The notes below the pieces were generated by a model. That model was not told the origin of the DNA. It did not search any database and saw only the letters and a program-made list of their open reading frames with translations. Positions 1 to 11,519 of a stretch of 64,000 nt of DNA are shown in pieces. Source of the stretch: Trypanosoma brucei (taxonomy: Eukaryota); NCBI GenBank assembly GCA_000002445.1, contig CP000071.1, positions 2,272,001 through 2,336,000 of the forward strand. Direction: 5' to 3'. Every line of letters starts with the position of its first letter. Position 1 is the first letter of the stretch. Made by a program: the position numbers and the translations under genes.

Positions 1-939
1 GTTTGAGTTTGACTCGAGCGGTGGTGCCATTGAGTTCAGGTAAGTTGAGCGTCATTTGTTTCAAATGGCGTCTGTTTCTCTTCTTATAGATTGATTTCCC
101 TATAGTTTTTTTTGTGTGTTTTGTGTTTAAGCTCCCACGTGCTCGATTTTATGTTGTTTTGTAGTTGATGTGAGGAGATGTAGTGAAGCAGTTGCAAGTG
201 GGAGACGTGGGGGAGACCGATGAAATGATGGGTTTGTGTGAGCCAGTCATTTTAATATTTCTATTTTGGGAACTGAAGTGATCTCCATGGGTTATATTTC
301 TTCAAAATAAGATTGCTGACGACGCCAAGTGGATAGAGGAATATCCAACTTAACTTGCTGTATAGTCGTTAGAGATTACTTTTGTCGTCGTTTTTGTTCC
401 CCTTCCATCCCCTTGTAACCACGTTTTTTTTTCTCGTTTTTAAAGATCATACTGCGGCGCCCTCGTTTTTGCACGCAACTTGCGTGTATTCCATCGGTTA
501 CCTCTGGGGTCGTTTGTCTAGCAGTACTTTTTTTTTTTTCCACTGCCTGCTGATGTGTTCATGGTTGGGGCGGCGGGCATATGCGTGGCGCATTCTAGTT
601 TTGACCATTGATGTACAATACAGGTGAATTGGTTGTGTTGGTGCATTTTGATTGTTATTGGTCTGTGTGTGTATACATATGGTATTGCTTAATGTTACAC
701 GCTGAGTGGTGTGAGGCACTCCTGATTATTGATCCAATTGCTGCTGTTGTGTTCGCCTCTCGTATGCGTTTTTGTGTTTGTGTTTGTGTGTGTGTACACT
801 GCCATTTGCGAAGTCCATTTTGTTGCTTGCAACAGGGCCACATTGTCGTCGTCTTAACGTCGCGAAGTTTTCAACCCCATCATTTTCTATACTGATAGCA
901 GGCAAGGACGAAATTCCCTCAATAGAATCGACAGAACAA

Positions 940-975
940 AGAAAGGTGTGTGTGTGTGTGTGTGTGTGTTTGTGT
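940..975. repeat. (GT)n microsatellite
   Basis: gtgtgtgtgtgtgtgtgtgtgtgtttgtgtg read directly. Similar GT/TG runs at ~770-800, 6465-6490, 18781-18825 and 22365-22390. Confidence 0.95.
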
Positions 976-1076
976 GCGCGCATTTATTGACAGAGGCTAA
1001 TCCGACAGATTATCTATTTTTTCCGTCATTATTATTATTATTACTATTATTGTCATTATTTTCGGAGCTATCCGTG

Positions 1077-1997
1077 ATGCTCAGTTCCTTGGATCACACG
1101 GCTACAGATGCCCTTCACAACTTCCAGGTTGCCCTGCGGCGCTCGCAGGAGGCTCTGCAACAGGAGGAGGCTCGTTTCAACCAACTCACACAAGCGATTC
1201 ATCAACAACAGGAAGTTAACAGTACACATCGTGAGTTTATTCGTGGGCAGCAGCAGCCGCGTCTCGACGCTCTCCATCGCGAAATCACTCGCCTTCGGTC
1301 GCTGCTCGATCAACAGCGGGAAGAGGCGGGATCTCAGCAGAGTCACCTTGAGGCAGTGCGGCGGCCGCGGCGTGAAGGTGAAGCGAGGGACCGGGAACTA
1401 CGTCGCAAAATTGAGGGACAGCGACGTGAATATTCACGACGTGCTGCGGCTGTGCAGGCTGCGTTATTGCAGTGGTGGAATCCGCAGAACAGTTTGGAGA
1501 ATTTGTCTGCCGTTGCTGAGCAGCGAGTGTTGGAAGCTGAGGCGCTCCGGTGCCAAGTTGCGGGGTTGCAGACGAGGTTGCAGGACCTCACCGCAACGGT
1601 GGTGGGGGAGGCGAATCAAAACCGCAACGGTGCCGGAACTGACAGCGTAGAAAAGGAGAGTAACACTGACAATGTTGCAGGTAAGGGAGGCGAGGCATCT
1701 GCCGAAGACCAATGCGATGGTGAAGGTTGTGTAGAGTCGCTTCGGCTGCGACTTCGGCAGCAGCAAGATCAACGTGAGGCTTTTGTGCGGAGCTCATCGG
1801 AGAACATATCTTTCCGCCGCAGAGAGTTACAGTCTCTTAAGGCGGACTTGCAGAAACTTTGTGCGGCGGTGGAAACTGCAGACGCCGCCCGACAGGAGGT
1901 GCAGCAGAAACTCCGTGGGGCATTGAATCAACAGAGTAACACCCGCGTGGTGTGCTGCCGGTGTGGACTAGATGTTGTTGGTTCGTTTGTTGCTTGA
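1077..1997 (+). CDS. hypothetical coiled-coil protein (Q/R/E-rich heptad-like sequence)
   Basis: ORF 948..1997 begins inside a (GT)n microsatellite. The first in-frame ATG after the repeat, at 1077 (MLSSLDHTATDALHNF...), is the likelier start. Charged, Q-rich, coiled-coil-like composition. GC-rich relative to the flanks. Same strand as all other genes. Confidence 0.45.
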   Translation: MLSSLDHTATDALHNFQVALRRSQEALQQEEARFNQLTQAIHQQQEVNSTHREFIRGQQQPRLDALHREITRLRSLLDQQREEAGSQQSHLEAVRRPRREGEARDRELRRKIEGQRREYSRRAAAVQAALLQWWNPQNSLENLSAVAEQRVLEAEALRCQVAGLQTRLQDLTATVVGEANQNRNGAGTDSVEKESNTDNVAGKGGEASAEDQCDGEGCVESLRLRLRQQQDQREAFVRSSSENISFRRRELQSLKADLQKLCAAVETADAARQEVQQKLRGALNQQSNTRVVCCRCGLDVVGSFVA

Positions 1998-2965
1998 CAG
2001 CCCAGCATTTACCGCTGTTGCTGTTGTTCTGGGAGGCATGCTCACGATCCCACAGATGATCAAACCTGTCGTAACAGCTCGTTAACAATCGCAAAGGTTG
2101 CTCACGGTGACCCGTATATATGCCTTGTTTATCCGTTTGTGTAATACCCTTGTTATTTTCAATCCTTTTTAAGGGCCACTTCCTTTTTTTTCGTTCATTT
2201 TTGAGTATGTGCTAAAGCATGCGTGTACAGTTTCTCCCTAATTCCTGGATCTAAACATTTTGTTTTCATTTGTTATTTTTACCGTTATTTTTGCTATTGT
2301 TTTACCTTACTATGCCTATGCACCCCATGCTCGGGTGCTCTTCCCTTTTGGTTAACATGCCGCTTAGTGCACGTATATGCGAGCGCGGACGCATACTCTA
2401 TATTTTCTTTCATTGTTCGTTTTCTCTGTTTTTGTTTTGTTTTTACCCTACTCCCTTAAGTCTCTGCATTCTGTGGGCCTTTCCCACGCAATTCCTTCCT
2501 TTCCCTTCATATCTATTTCCATCTTCCATCTTCAATTTTCATTTTCATTTTTCTGTAACACAGTGTAAAGTATATATATATACATATATATATACATACA
2601 TTTTCAGAGTGCATTCACTTGTTACATTGCGTGTTTATTAAGAGAAAAAAAAATTAAACCAAGAAGGGACAAAGAGTAAGGGAAAGAAGAAGTGCGTTCA
2701 GGACGTGAGTGAATACTTGGAACTTTAGAAGCAACTGCGACCCACCTTTGTGGTTCAGCGTCCGTTAGGGATTATTTCCACTCAGTAACCTATAGGAACA
2801 CAAGGAGAAGAAGCAGAGGATTCGGTACACGGCTGTCAGACTACATCAGTGAAGCGGGAAGAAGTGTGTGTGTGTGAGGAAAAAAACAAAGCAACTTGTT
2901 TACTTCATTTTTCCTCTTTTTGCAACTTATATTGAGCGACAGGGGATACTACCAGGCCAGCCATT

Positions 2966-4480
2966 ATGCTTTTTCACACGACACCATGCAGTGTCAACGG
3001 CGTGCCGTTAGTTTCATTTAATGCCGTTGCCCCCTTCAACGCTTCGATGGGCGGCCCTCCTGTGGCGACTCCGCCGGGTCAACGGACATTAACGACATTT
3101 TATTCAGATCCCACGGCGTCGTGGCAAGCCGCGGTTCCGCTCGGTAAAATAGCCTCACCGCCGCCGCCCTCGCGCGGATCCGCAGCTTCGACCCCACCGA
3201 GCCTCACCGGCAGCAGCCCCAGCGTCCAACACTCCAGCCCCAACAGTCAACTCGGGTTTCGTGGCCACAGTGGCATAATTATCACCAGCGGTGGTGGTGG
3301 TAACGTGCATCAGTTCCATCCCCATCCTCAACAACATCCCACAATGAGTGGGAACAGCAGTATTAACAGTACCAGCAATATGAGCCCATTGCCACCGGGT
3401 GCCATGCCAGCGTGTGCTTGGAATCTTTCCATGTCGCCACCGCCGCCCTCTTCACAGCCAATTTATGTTGTTCTGCCACATGGTCCGGCACCAACAGCAG
3501 GAGGGCCGATGCCTCCCGGAGCGGCGTTGACAGCAGCGCGAGCCCCGTCATCTTTGCCCACTACTTTGCCATCCCGCCGCGGAAACGGAATGATGTATCA
3601 ACTTGGGGAGTGGTATGAGGGAGTCGTAAAGCGGTACAACCCGATGCGTGGCTTCGGTTTCCTTACGGCAACACATCATCTGCAGGTCATCCCGCCCGAT
3701 GTGGATAACAGGGCGGGATCTGTGAGTGATGCTGATGGCCAAAACTCGCAACAAACCGCATCACCACCCCAAGCCACATTACTGAGGACGCCCGTAACGG
3801 TCGGTGATGTGTTCGTGCACCAGTCATACATCCGAATGCAGGGGTTCCGTGCGCTCAGCACTGGTGACCGTGTTGCCTTCCGTGTTGGGAAACTTCCTGG
3901 TAAGGATGCGAATCAGGCTGTTTCAGTTCAATTACTATCCACGGCTAAGCCGGCAACTGGTGCAACTCCAACAGAGGAGGAGGAAGAGGACGTGCAGGGA
4001 TCATCATCGACAACAGCCACGACAGTTTTGTCAGGGTTTTCCCTCACGCAGCACTCATCTAAGGATCATGAGGGTGATGCGCAAAATAGTGCCCCTGGCG
4101 TTACGGAGCATGATGTTACTGATGAGAGCGTCACACATTCCGACATTACAGTGGAGCGACTTCTTGCACACATTACCAGGCATGCGATTCCCTCTTCTGT
4201 CGCATCAACTGCGGAGCCCCTCGACGGCACAGACGCTACGAATGATGACAATATTGGGGGAAATGACAATATGAAATGTTCCCGTGACGGATGGGTTGAA
4301 AATGCGCCAACTCAGCGCCGCCACCTTCCATTTTGCCCTCGCCTGGAAGAAGTCGCCGCAGCTCTTGAGGCCACTGATTTTCTTGGGGAAGCCGAACTGA
4401 CATCACCGCCTGCTCAATGGGGTTTATTGTCGCCAAGTACCGACGCTCGGGGGCTCTTTGGTGGATTTGATGGGAAATGA
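2966..4480 (+). CDS. cold-shock domain (CSD) containing putative RNA-binding protein with a P/S/Q-rich N-terminus
   Basis: 504-aa ORF with ATG at 2966. Internal segment GVVKRYNPMRGFGFL ... GDVFVHQSYIRMQGFRALSTGDRVAFRV matches the RNP1-like and beta-strand pattern of cold-shock/Y-box domains (GFGFI, VFVHxS, GxxVxF), with an insertion between the halves. Flanked by low-complexity P/S-rich and acidic regions. Confidence 0.65.
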   Translation: MLFHTTPCSVNGVPLVSFNAVAPFNASMGGPPVATPPGQRTLTTFYSDPTASWQAAVPLGKIASPPPPSRGSAASTPPSLTGSSPSVQHSSPNSQLGFRGHSGIIITSGGGGNVHQFHPHPQQHPTMSGNSSINSTSNMSPLPPGAMPACAWNLSMSPPPPSSQPIYVVLPHGPAPTAGGPMPPGAALTAARAPSSLPTTLPSRRGNGMMYQLGEWYEGVVKRYNPMRGFGFLTATHHLQVIPPDVDNRAGSVSDADGQNSQQTASPPQATLLRTPVTVGDVFVHQSYIRMQGFRALSTGDRVAFRVGKLPGKDANQAVSVQLLSTAKPATGATPTEEEEEDVQGSSSTTATTVLSGFSLTQHSSKDHEGDAQNSAPGVTEHDVTDESVTHSDITVERLLAHITRHAIPSSVASTAEPLDGTDATNDDNIGGNDNMKCSRDGWVENAPTQRRHLPFCPRLEEVAAALEATDFLGEAELTSPPAQWGLLSPSTDARGLFGGFDGK

Positions 4481-6562
4481 GTGAGTTTCCTCTTCAACCT
4501 CGATCCTTATTTTGTCTGTGTTCTTTTTCTTTCTTTGTTTTTTTGTTTTTTTGTTTTTTCCTTCTTTTTTCCTTTTTTGTTTTTTTTTGTTTTTCGTGTC
4601 TTTCTTTCTTTCTTTGATTATATATCCTTCTTTCACTCTGTCATTACTTTTTGTTTTTTTTGATTCTTCTTTTTGGCTTCCCTGCGTTGTCGTTAAATCA
4701 GGTTTGCGTGTTTGTGTGTTACCTTCATTTCTTTTGCTGTTTTGTTTTGTTTTTTGTTTTTTGTTTTTCACGATTATCACCGTTCCTTTCCCGTAGTTTC
4801 GCAGCAGCGTCTCTGCATTGCTCCCACGGGGTGAACATCATTGCGCAGTCACGCTACTGCTTTGTGTATCCAAAGAGAAAAAAAAATCTTTTTTCTTCTT
4901 ATTTATTTATTGCACCGTGAAGGGCTCCTTATGAGTTTTCCCCACGGCATTGAGTCAGTTTATGTAAAACACCCCCTCCCCAAAAAAAAAAAAAAAGAAG
5001 AAAAAAAGAAAAGAAAATGAAATGAAAACAAATAAACAAATAAACGAAAAAAAAAAGCAACAACAACAACAGCAACGACAGAGGGAAAAGTGCGAACGAA
5101 AGAGCGATATGAGAATGGATGAGGAAAAAGAAAAAAGGAGGAAAAGAAAAAGGAGGAAGGAACAAAACACGATGAAAATATGTGTTTTTTTTTTTTGGTT
5201 TCCTCTACTTTTCCCCCTTCCTTCCTTTATTTTTTTCTCATTTTTTTTTCCTTTCATCTTTTTTTTTTTATTTAATTTAAAACAAGAAAAAAAAAACAAA
5301 TGAAATATCAAATGCGTACGAAAAAGAGAAAAAAAAAGCAAAAGGGAAAAAGGTAAAAGGATGAGGGAAGTGAATAAGAAAGAGGGATGGAAGGAGGAGG
5401 AGGAGAAAGGAGCAAAAAAAAAAAAAAAGAAAGAAAAGAAAAAGAAAAGGGGAAATAAAATGAGGTGTGAATTTGACATGAATTTTATTTTTTTTTCTCT
5501 CTTTCTCTTTTTCTCTCTTCTCTCTCCTCTTTTTTTTTTTCGTACTTTTGTTTCTTTTTCCTGTTTTTTTTTTGTTTCTTCATGTTTTATCTTCACGTTA
5601 TCCATTTTTACCCATTTTATCCACTTATCCTTTTTTTTGTTTTACCCATTTTTACCCATTTGCCTCTTTTTTTTTCTTTCTATTTTGGTTTTGGAGTGTT
5701 GTCGCCCGTTGTTTTCTTTTTCTTTTTTTTGTTTTTGTTTTTGTTTGTTTTTGATTTTCCCTCCTTTTCCTTAACTAATTTCCTTTCCCCCCACCTCTTT
5801 TTTTTATTTTTATTTGCTTAACTTTTGATATTTCCAGACCCTTCCCTCTTTTCCTCATTTATAATTATATAATAATTATCTCTCTGTGTGTGTGTGTTTT
5901 TTTTTCTTTCTTTTTTTTTTTGGTGTTTTGCTTGATTTTTGGTTGGGGCTCTTAATTTAAAATGTTTGATTTGATTGAATGAAACCGCGACCGTTCCTGT
6001 TCGCGTTTTTGCGTTTTTGCGTGTTTGTGTGAGATAAAAGGAGAGGGGTAACAAAAAAAAAATAATAATTAAATATAAATATATACATTAAAAAGAAGAG
6101 AAAAAGTGAGTGAGTGAGTGGAGTGAGTGGAGTGAGTGAAACAAAGCCGCCAAGTGCGCCCGTTTTTTTGTTTTTTTTTGTTGTTTTTTTTTGTTTTGTT
6201 TCGGTGAGACGGGGGAGGGGGGAAAAAAAAAAAGGAAGAAAGGAAGAGAGACACAAACACACACACAAACACACACATCCAGAAAAAAAAAACAAAATGA
6301 AATGAGATGTATTATTATGGGGGCGGGAGGGGGTGGGGGATGGAGATATATGACCACTAATATAAATGATATTGTAAATATAAATAAATAAACACATATA
6401 TGTATTTTTATTTATATATATTTATATATATATTTGTATGTATTTATTTATTTATAATATATGCGTGTGTTTGTGTGTGTGTGTGTGTGTCTGTGAATCA
6501 CAAATGAAAAAATAAGTTAAGTGGATAAGAGAAAAGAGAAAAAAAAAGAGAAAAAAAAGTAA

Positions 6563-6622
6563 NNNNNNNNNNNNNNNNNNNNNNNNNNNNNNNNNNNNNN
6601 NNNNNNNNNNNNNNNNNNNNNN
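6563..6622. other. assembly gap (60 N)
   Basis: Run of 60 n characters inside a low-complexity intergenic region. Its true size is unknown. Confidence 0.99.
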
Positions 6623-8000
6623 CACAAATGCACGTATTTTTGGTCCCTTCATTTTGTTCTTTGTTTTTTTTTTATTTTGTGTTTTTAAATTATTTTGTTG
6701 CCTTTCAACGAGCGATGACAGAAGGGGAAGGAGAAATAAGAGGAGCAACTGTTATTTATCTCCAACACGTGTTTGTTGTTGTTTTGTTTTTAAAAATATA
6801 TTTACATATATATATTGTTCCTTCCTGTCGTAATGCGTTGTCATGAACTTTTTTTTGTTTTTTGTTGTTTTATTTTTCCCCTTCGTATGTGTGTTTGTGT
6901 TTGCTTGTGTCTTTCCGTCTATTCATTCTTTTTCTTATTTCCATTTTTTGTTTATTTTATACAACTTCCGCTCTGACGTGAAGGGACTTGAGCTTCCACA
7001 TGCGCATGCATTTATTTTATTTTTATTTTTATTTTCGTTATTTTTATTATTATTATTATTGCTGTTGTTGTTGTTGCTACCACTTCCGATTCCGCCGCTG
7101 AGTGTCTTTTTTTTTTTTTACTTCTTTTTTTTTTCCTTACGTGTGCGTGTGATTTTACGCGTGTGTAAATGAGGCCCCATTTGTTTTTTTCCCTCCTCAT
7201 TTTTACGTTTTACTTCTTTACTTGCTTTTTTTTTTTCTACCACTAACTTTAATTTTAATTTTTCTTTTTTTTCTTTTGGTGTGTGTGTCTTCTTTTTTCT
7301 TTGTTTTTAATTGAATATCGTCCCACTTTGTTTTTTTGTTTTGTGTTACTTCTAATTTTTCCTTTCCTTTTCTTTTTTTTTTGTTTAACCCCAACGGCAA
7401 GACGGACTTTTCTCGTTTTTTTCTTTTTAAATTTTGGTTCTGTACGGCCTCGTCCATTTTCCTCGCGATTTGTTTTTTTTTGTTTTTTGTTTCCCACTAT
7501 GCTCATACCGGTTTTGCTGTTATTGCCATTATGATTATTATTTTTGTTCCATTGGTCAAAATATTTCTCAACTTTTCTTCTTTTTTTTTTTACTTTACTT
7601 TACTTTTTGTTTTGAGTGTTGCGACCAAAAATTCCATGCGGCCCCCCTCATCATCTTCTGTTTTGTTTTGTTTTTTGTTTTATTTTATTTGTTTTCAACT
7701 CAATTTACTGCAGGTTTTCTTTTTTGTTATTGCAGTGGAGAAATCTTTTGATATCTCAACTTACAGCAGCTCTCATTTTCTACCATTCAAATTCTTCTCA
7801 CCTTTTCTCCCGTTTGTGTTTCTTCTTCTTTTTTTTCTTTTTTCGTTGAATTTTTAAATCTTCTGTTACCTTCCATTTCATTAGCGTAGCAGATATCCAT
7901 ACGTATACATAACAAACGTGTATATCTGCAACGGTGTAGGTTTGCTATTTGCCGTGTTTGTGTGTGTGTGTTGGTTATTAGTTCCCGACTATTACACATT

Positions 8001-11000
8001 ATGAGTGGGCGCCTGTCTTCTTGTGAACTTCCTGAACCACGGCGCAGTGAAATCATGTCTGCGGCTGGAAGGCGCTCGCAACTCGCCTTAGCAGTTAACC
8101 GCACGCTGGATCGCAAATCATTATTTTATACTTCATCCAACACACACAACACGGCCGTCGATGCAGCGGGCAGTTCTCGAATCAGCGGTATCAATGAGCA
8201 TAAATTAGACACTTGCACCAACACCACCATTAGGGATGTGGTAAAATGCGCAATTAATAGGGGTTCTGGTATCACCGATTCAGCGACTGCAGTGAGGGCG
8301 TTGTCGGTATTGCCATCGGAAACACTCATGTCATCTTCAAGACCATCTGAATTATTGTCTCATTGTCCTCTTTCCGGTAGCTTGAGGGAAAGAGGTGCGG
8401 ATCCATTAAGGTCAATGCAACCAACTTCACAACTCAGTTTTATGACATGCAGCAGTGCTGGCCCAAGAATCAGCGCAGGTAAAAGGGTGAGTGCACCTCC
8501 CAGAGTGGAACCAACAGTGAGCTGCAGAATTTCAACCATGCAAATTAGTCCACGACTGAGTTGTATCGCTGACCGTAGCGGCGCTGTTGCGCGATCTGAT
8601 ATCGCTGTGGGCGGCAGATCGGCACTAGTGGGGGTGCACTCACCACAGCCGCGAGTGATTAATAGCGGTCGTGTAGCATATGGTACGTATACGCGGAGAA
8701 GCACTGAAAATGACGGTGTTGCTCCGGCAAGGTGTGCACCTGCAATTTCGTCCACGTCCAGCTCTGCTCGTATTGCTGCAATTCGTAGTGAAAAGTCTGT
8801 TCTTCCCCCAGCCGCTATCGCAACCACAACCGCAACACCAACGAAAACAACTCCTGTCACTCCTGTTAGCGCATCCAGTAGCGCGAGCATTCATTTTGCA
8901 GTTTCCAGAACAGCGGCGCCACGTAATGGAGCCGCTGCTGACAATAGTGGCAGTGGTACTCGCGCTGCGCCGGATGTGTCTGCCTTTCGTAATTCGAGGC
9001 TTTCCGATCATGAAGGAGCTCAGCAGCTGATTAGCCCGGAAAAACAAGCGCGCGATGCTGATGGATGCACTGGAGCCAAGGGTGTTTCAAGGCGACTGTC
9101 TTTTGATGATGGGGCCGTGAAGATGGGCTCGAACTCTTTGGATTTCTCAAAGGATAGTACGAAGGCGTCGTCCAGAGTAAACGGGGCTGACAAACCAGAG
9201 CAGACGACCGTTTCACTAAGCGCTAATACTCAACAATGGAGGGAGGAGTCGAGGACTACCTTAACCCCTGTGCGTCGTCCCACTGCGCCACCTACCTTTA
9301 TTTCTACTCTCGATCCCTGTCCTGTTAATGTCAATGAAGGAGTGGTGACAACAACAAAGTCATCAGCGGACGAGGTGGTACTGGGAAAACATGTACAGGA
9401 AAATGATGTAAGGGCTCATGGGCGAGAAAGACAAACGGTCAATGTCTCCCGCTTGCACAGTTACGCGGGTGCACCCGTCCATGAAACTGGGCAGAAGCCG
9501 TTCATTAGAGAAAGTGTGTGTGGAACCGACAGTGATCGATCACAATCAAATGTCGTGTCTTCTCGTATCAGTCAAGGAGACATCAGATTCTGCAGCGCTC
9601 TTCGGCCCAAATTTGACATGTGTTCCGGTCGTTACGGTGACAAAGTGGCTCAAGTGAAAATGAGCAGATGCCATAGCGCTGGATCAAGGTTGTTGCCAGC
9701 GTCGAGGGAAAGTGGTGGAACACTCTTCAACGATGAGCGTAACACTAGTTTTGGCGCTCGCAGTCGTGCTCGTGCGAGCGATCAGGTTGGTTGTAATAGT
9801 CATAAGGAAGCTAATGGTTCTAGTCATGCAGCGTCTTTGGTTTCGACAACAGCAGGTGGTCGGTTGGAAAGAGCGGAACGGCGTCCCATACCTCCTGCAT
9901 CACAGTGGAAGGGGACGTGTTTTCCTGCATCCCTCACCGCTGTCGATCGTGCTAGCGGCTCAAATACATATGCTGCTACCACCGCTAAAAGGGCTTCTTC
10001 TACTGATGCGCAAACCTCTGAAGGTTGTGGTGCTTTCCTTCGCGGATTAAAATTGGCATCATCTGGCGCAGCTGATTCAATGGAGCCCCAAGTCATTCCC
10101 CCTACTTTTTCCAAAGACACAGAGACCACATTAACCTTCACCCGGTGTGTGACTGAATTTTGTACAACGATCCTCCAGGAGCGAGACCGTCGACATGATG
10201 CGGAGGCGGGGGCGGAGGTGAAGGCTTGCCATCCTACACGGAAAAGTGGTTCTATGGATGTCACATCTCTTTGCTTTTCCCGCTGTGCTTCGGGTCGCAT
10301 CGTGCCTCAGTCACGTGAGTGGCCCCGTCGTGCCGACCCCACTTCCCAAAAGCGTCTTAGCTGCCCGTCAGTTCCTCTCCGTCGTTCTGCAACGGCGCCG
10401 TCATGGCGGTGTCGGATGTCTACGCGTGAAGAAACCACTTGCCCAATTAGGGCTCCCAGCCCTACGAATACCACAACATCATCCACCGCTTCGGTTCTCC
10501 TCCGTGTGCGGAATGTACTCGACGAGCGCCGTGCGCGAATTCAAGCGAGTTTGCAAGAGTGGCGGAATGGTACGAGTGAGGCGGGTGGCAACGCTGCAAA
10601 GGCAGTAGTGCTCGCCCGTGTCGATCAGTCCAATCATCAACAGTTGAAGTTCAACAGGGGCGGAGGTAGTGGCAGTGGGAGCAGTGGCGGATGCTACGGT
10701 ATAAGCAGCAGCAACACACCCGGGGAGATGACAGAACGGGTTGACAAATCCCATGAGAGGTCAGAGGAGGAGGAACACACGCCCCTTCAGGCGCCGCTTC
10801 ACGGGGATGAGTCCCACATGCAACAAAAAAGGTATGTATTATTAGCGAGTGAAAGCGTTGCATCACCGAAAAGAATTAATAGTAGCGATCACCATGGCAC
10901 TGACGATAGCGAAGGGAATGATACAAATCACATTAGTGTTGGAGGAGATGCCGCGAGGAGGGGCGAGCAACACGTGGATTGCGACAATTGCGTGTCTGAT

Positions 11001-11519
11001 GGCTACGAAGCCGACTATTGTGATGATGATGATGATGATGACTGTGGTGAGTCAAGCCACAGTGATGAGGATCCGTGGTGGTTCTTTGAATACTTTTGGA
11101 GCGGTCCTGCTATTGTCGTTGTACCACCAGCTTTTGTGCCCCCACTGAATTTCGCTAAACTTCTTATACCCGATGACGGAACTGCGCTAAAGAAGTACGC
11201 TATTCCATTGCCGACCCCAATGCCTCTGTCACCAACGAGAGCCAACCGGACCGTTCCGACTGATTTTGTAGCGCCCCCCGCGTTTAACCCGCCGCATTCC
11301 TCAGCAGCATGTAGTGGTTCTCGTAGGAGACGCCTGGCTGAAGTTAAACAAACTGAAACCTCAGTTGAGGCGAAACGGGAGAGAGGAGTAAGTGTTAAAA
11401 TATTGCTGTTGGAAACGGCAGAGCGGCGCAGTCGGCGGTTGCGGCATCAGGAAGAGATCGCTAGTCGCTGGGCTTTGCAAGAGCAACGTGCTGAAGAGTT
11501 AAGATGCCAAGGACTTTGA
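8001..11519 (+). CDS. large hypothetical protein, Ser/Ala/Thr-rich low-complexity, with poly-Asp tract and Trp-rich acidic motif
   Basis: 1185-aa ORF 7962..11519. The first ATG in frame is at 8001 (MSGRLSSCELPEP...). Continuous 3.5-kb reading frame in GC-richer sequence. Contains DDDDDDD and DEDPWWFFEYFWSGP near the C-terminus and a basic coiled segment at the very end. Confidence 0.6.
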   Translation: MSGRLSSCELPEPRRSEIMSAAGRRSQLALAVNRTLDRKSLFYTSSNTHNTAVDAAGSSRISGINEHKLDTCTNTTIRDVVKCAINRGSGITDSATAVRALSVLPSETLMSSSRPSELLSHCPLSGSLRERGADPLRSMQPTSQLSFMTCSSAGPRISAGKRVSAPPRVEPTVSCRISTMQISPRLSCIADRSGAVARSDIAVGGRSALVGVHSPQPRVINSGRVAYGTYTRRSTENDGVAPARCAPAISSTSSSARIAAIRSEKSVLPPAAIATTTATPTKTTPVTPVSASSSASIHFAVSRTAAPRNGAAADNSGSGTRAAPDVSAFRNSRLSDHEGAQQLISPEKQARDADGCTGAKGVSRRLSFDDGAVKMGSNSLDFSKDSTKASSRVNGADKPEQTTVSLSANTQQWREESRTTLTPVRRPTAPPTFISTLDPCPVNVNEGVVTTTKSSADEVVLGKHVQENDVRAHGRERQTVNVSRLHSYAGAPVHETGQKPFIRESVCGTDSDRSQSNVVSSRISQGDIRFCSALRPKFDMCSGRYGDKVAQVKMSRCHSAGSRLLPASRESGGTLFNDERNTSFGARSRARASDQVGCNSHKEANGSSHAASLVSTTAGGRLERAERRPIPPASQWKGTCFPASLTAVDRASGSNTYAATTAKRASSTDAQTSEGCGAFLRGLKLASSGAADSMEPQVIPPTFSKDTETTLTFTRCVTEFCTTILQERDRRHDAEAGAEVKACHPTRKSGSMDVTSLCFSRCASGRIVPQSREWPRRADPTSQKRLSCPSVPLRRSATAPSWRCRMSTREETTCPIRAPSPTNTTTSSTASVLLRVRNVLDERRARIQASLQEWRNGTSEAGGNAAKAVVLARVDQSNHQQLKFNRGGGSGSGSSGGCYGISSSNTPGEMTERVDKSHERSEEEEHTPLQAPLHGDESHMQQKRYVLLASESVASPKRINSSDHHGTDDSEGNDTNHISVGGDAARRGEQHVDCDNCVSDGYEADYCDDDDDDDCGESSHSDEDPWWFFEYFWSGPAIVVVPPAFVPPLNFAKLLIPDDGTALKKYAIPLPTPMPLSPTRANRTVPTDFVAPPAFNPPHSSAACSGSRRRRLAEVKQTETSVEAKRERGVSVKILLLETAERRSRRLRHQEEIASRWALQEQRAEELRCQGL

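Noticed and set aside
948-1076. N-terminal MCVCVCVFVCAHLL... of the first ORF, and likewise MCVCVCAFVFVC at 18781
   Set aside because: These are read-through translations of (GT)n microsatellites. The first ATG after the repeat was taken as the start.
4424-7857. Numerous 60-216-aa ORFs on both strands in the 4.5-7.9 kb spacer (poly-Phe/Leu or poly-Lys/Glu proteins)
   Set aside because: Translations of T-rich or A-rich low-complexity DNA. Overlapping ORFs in all frames. No coding-like composition.
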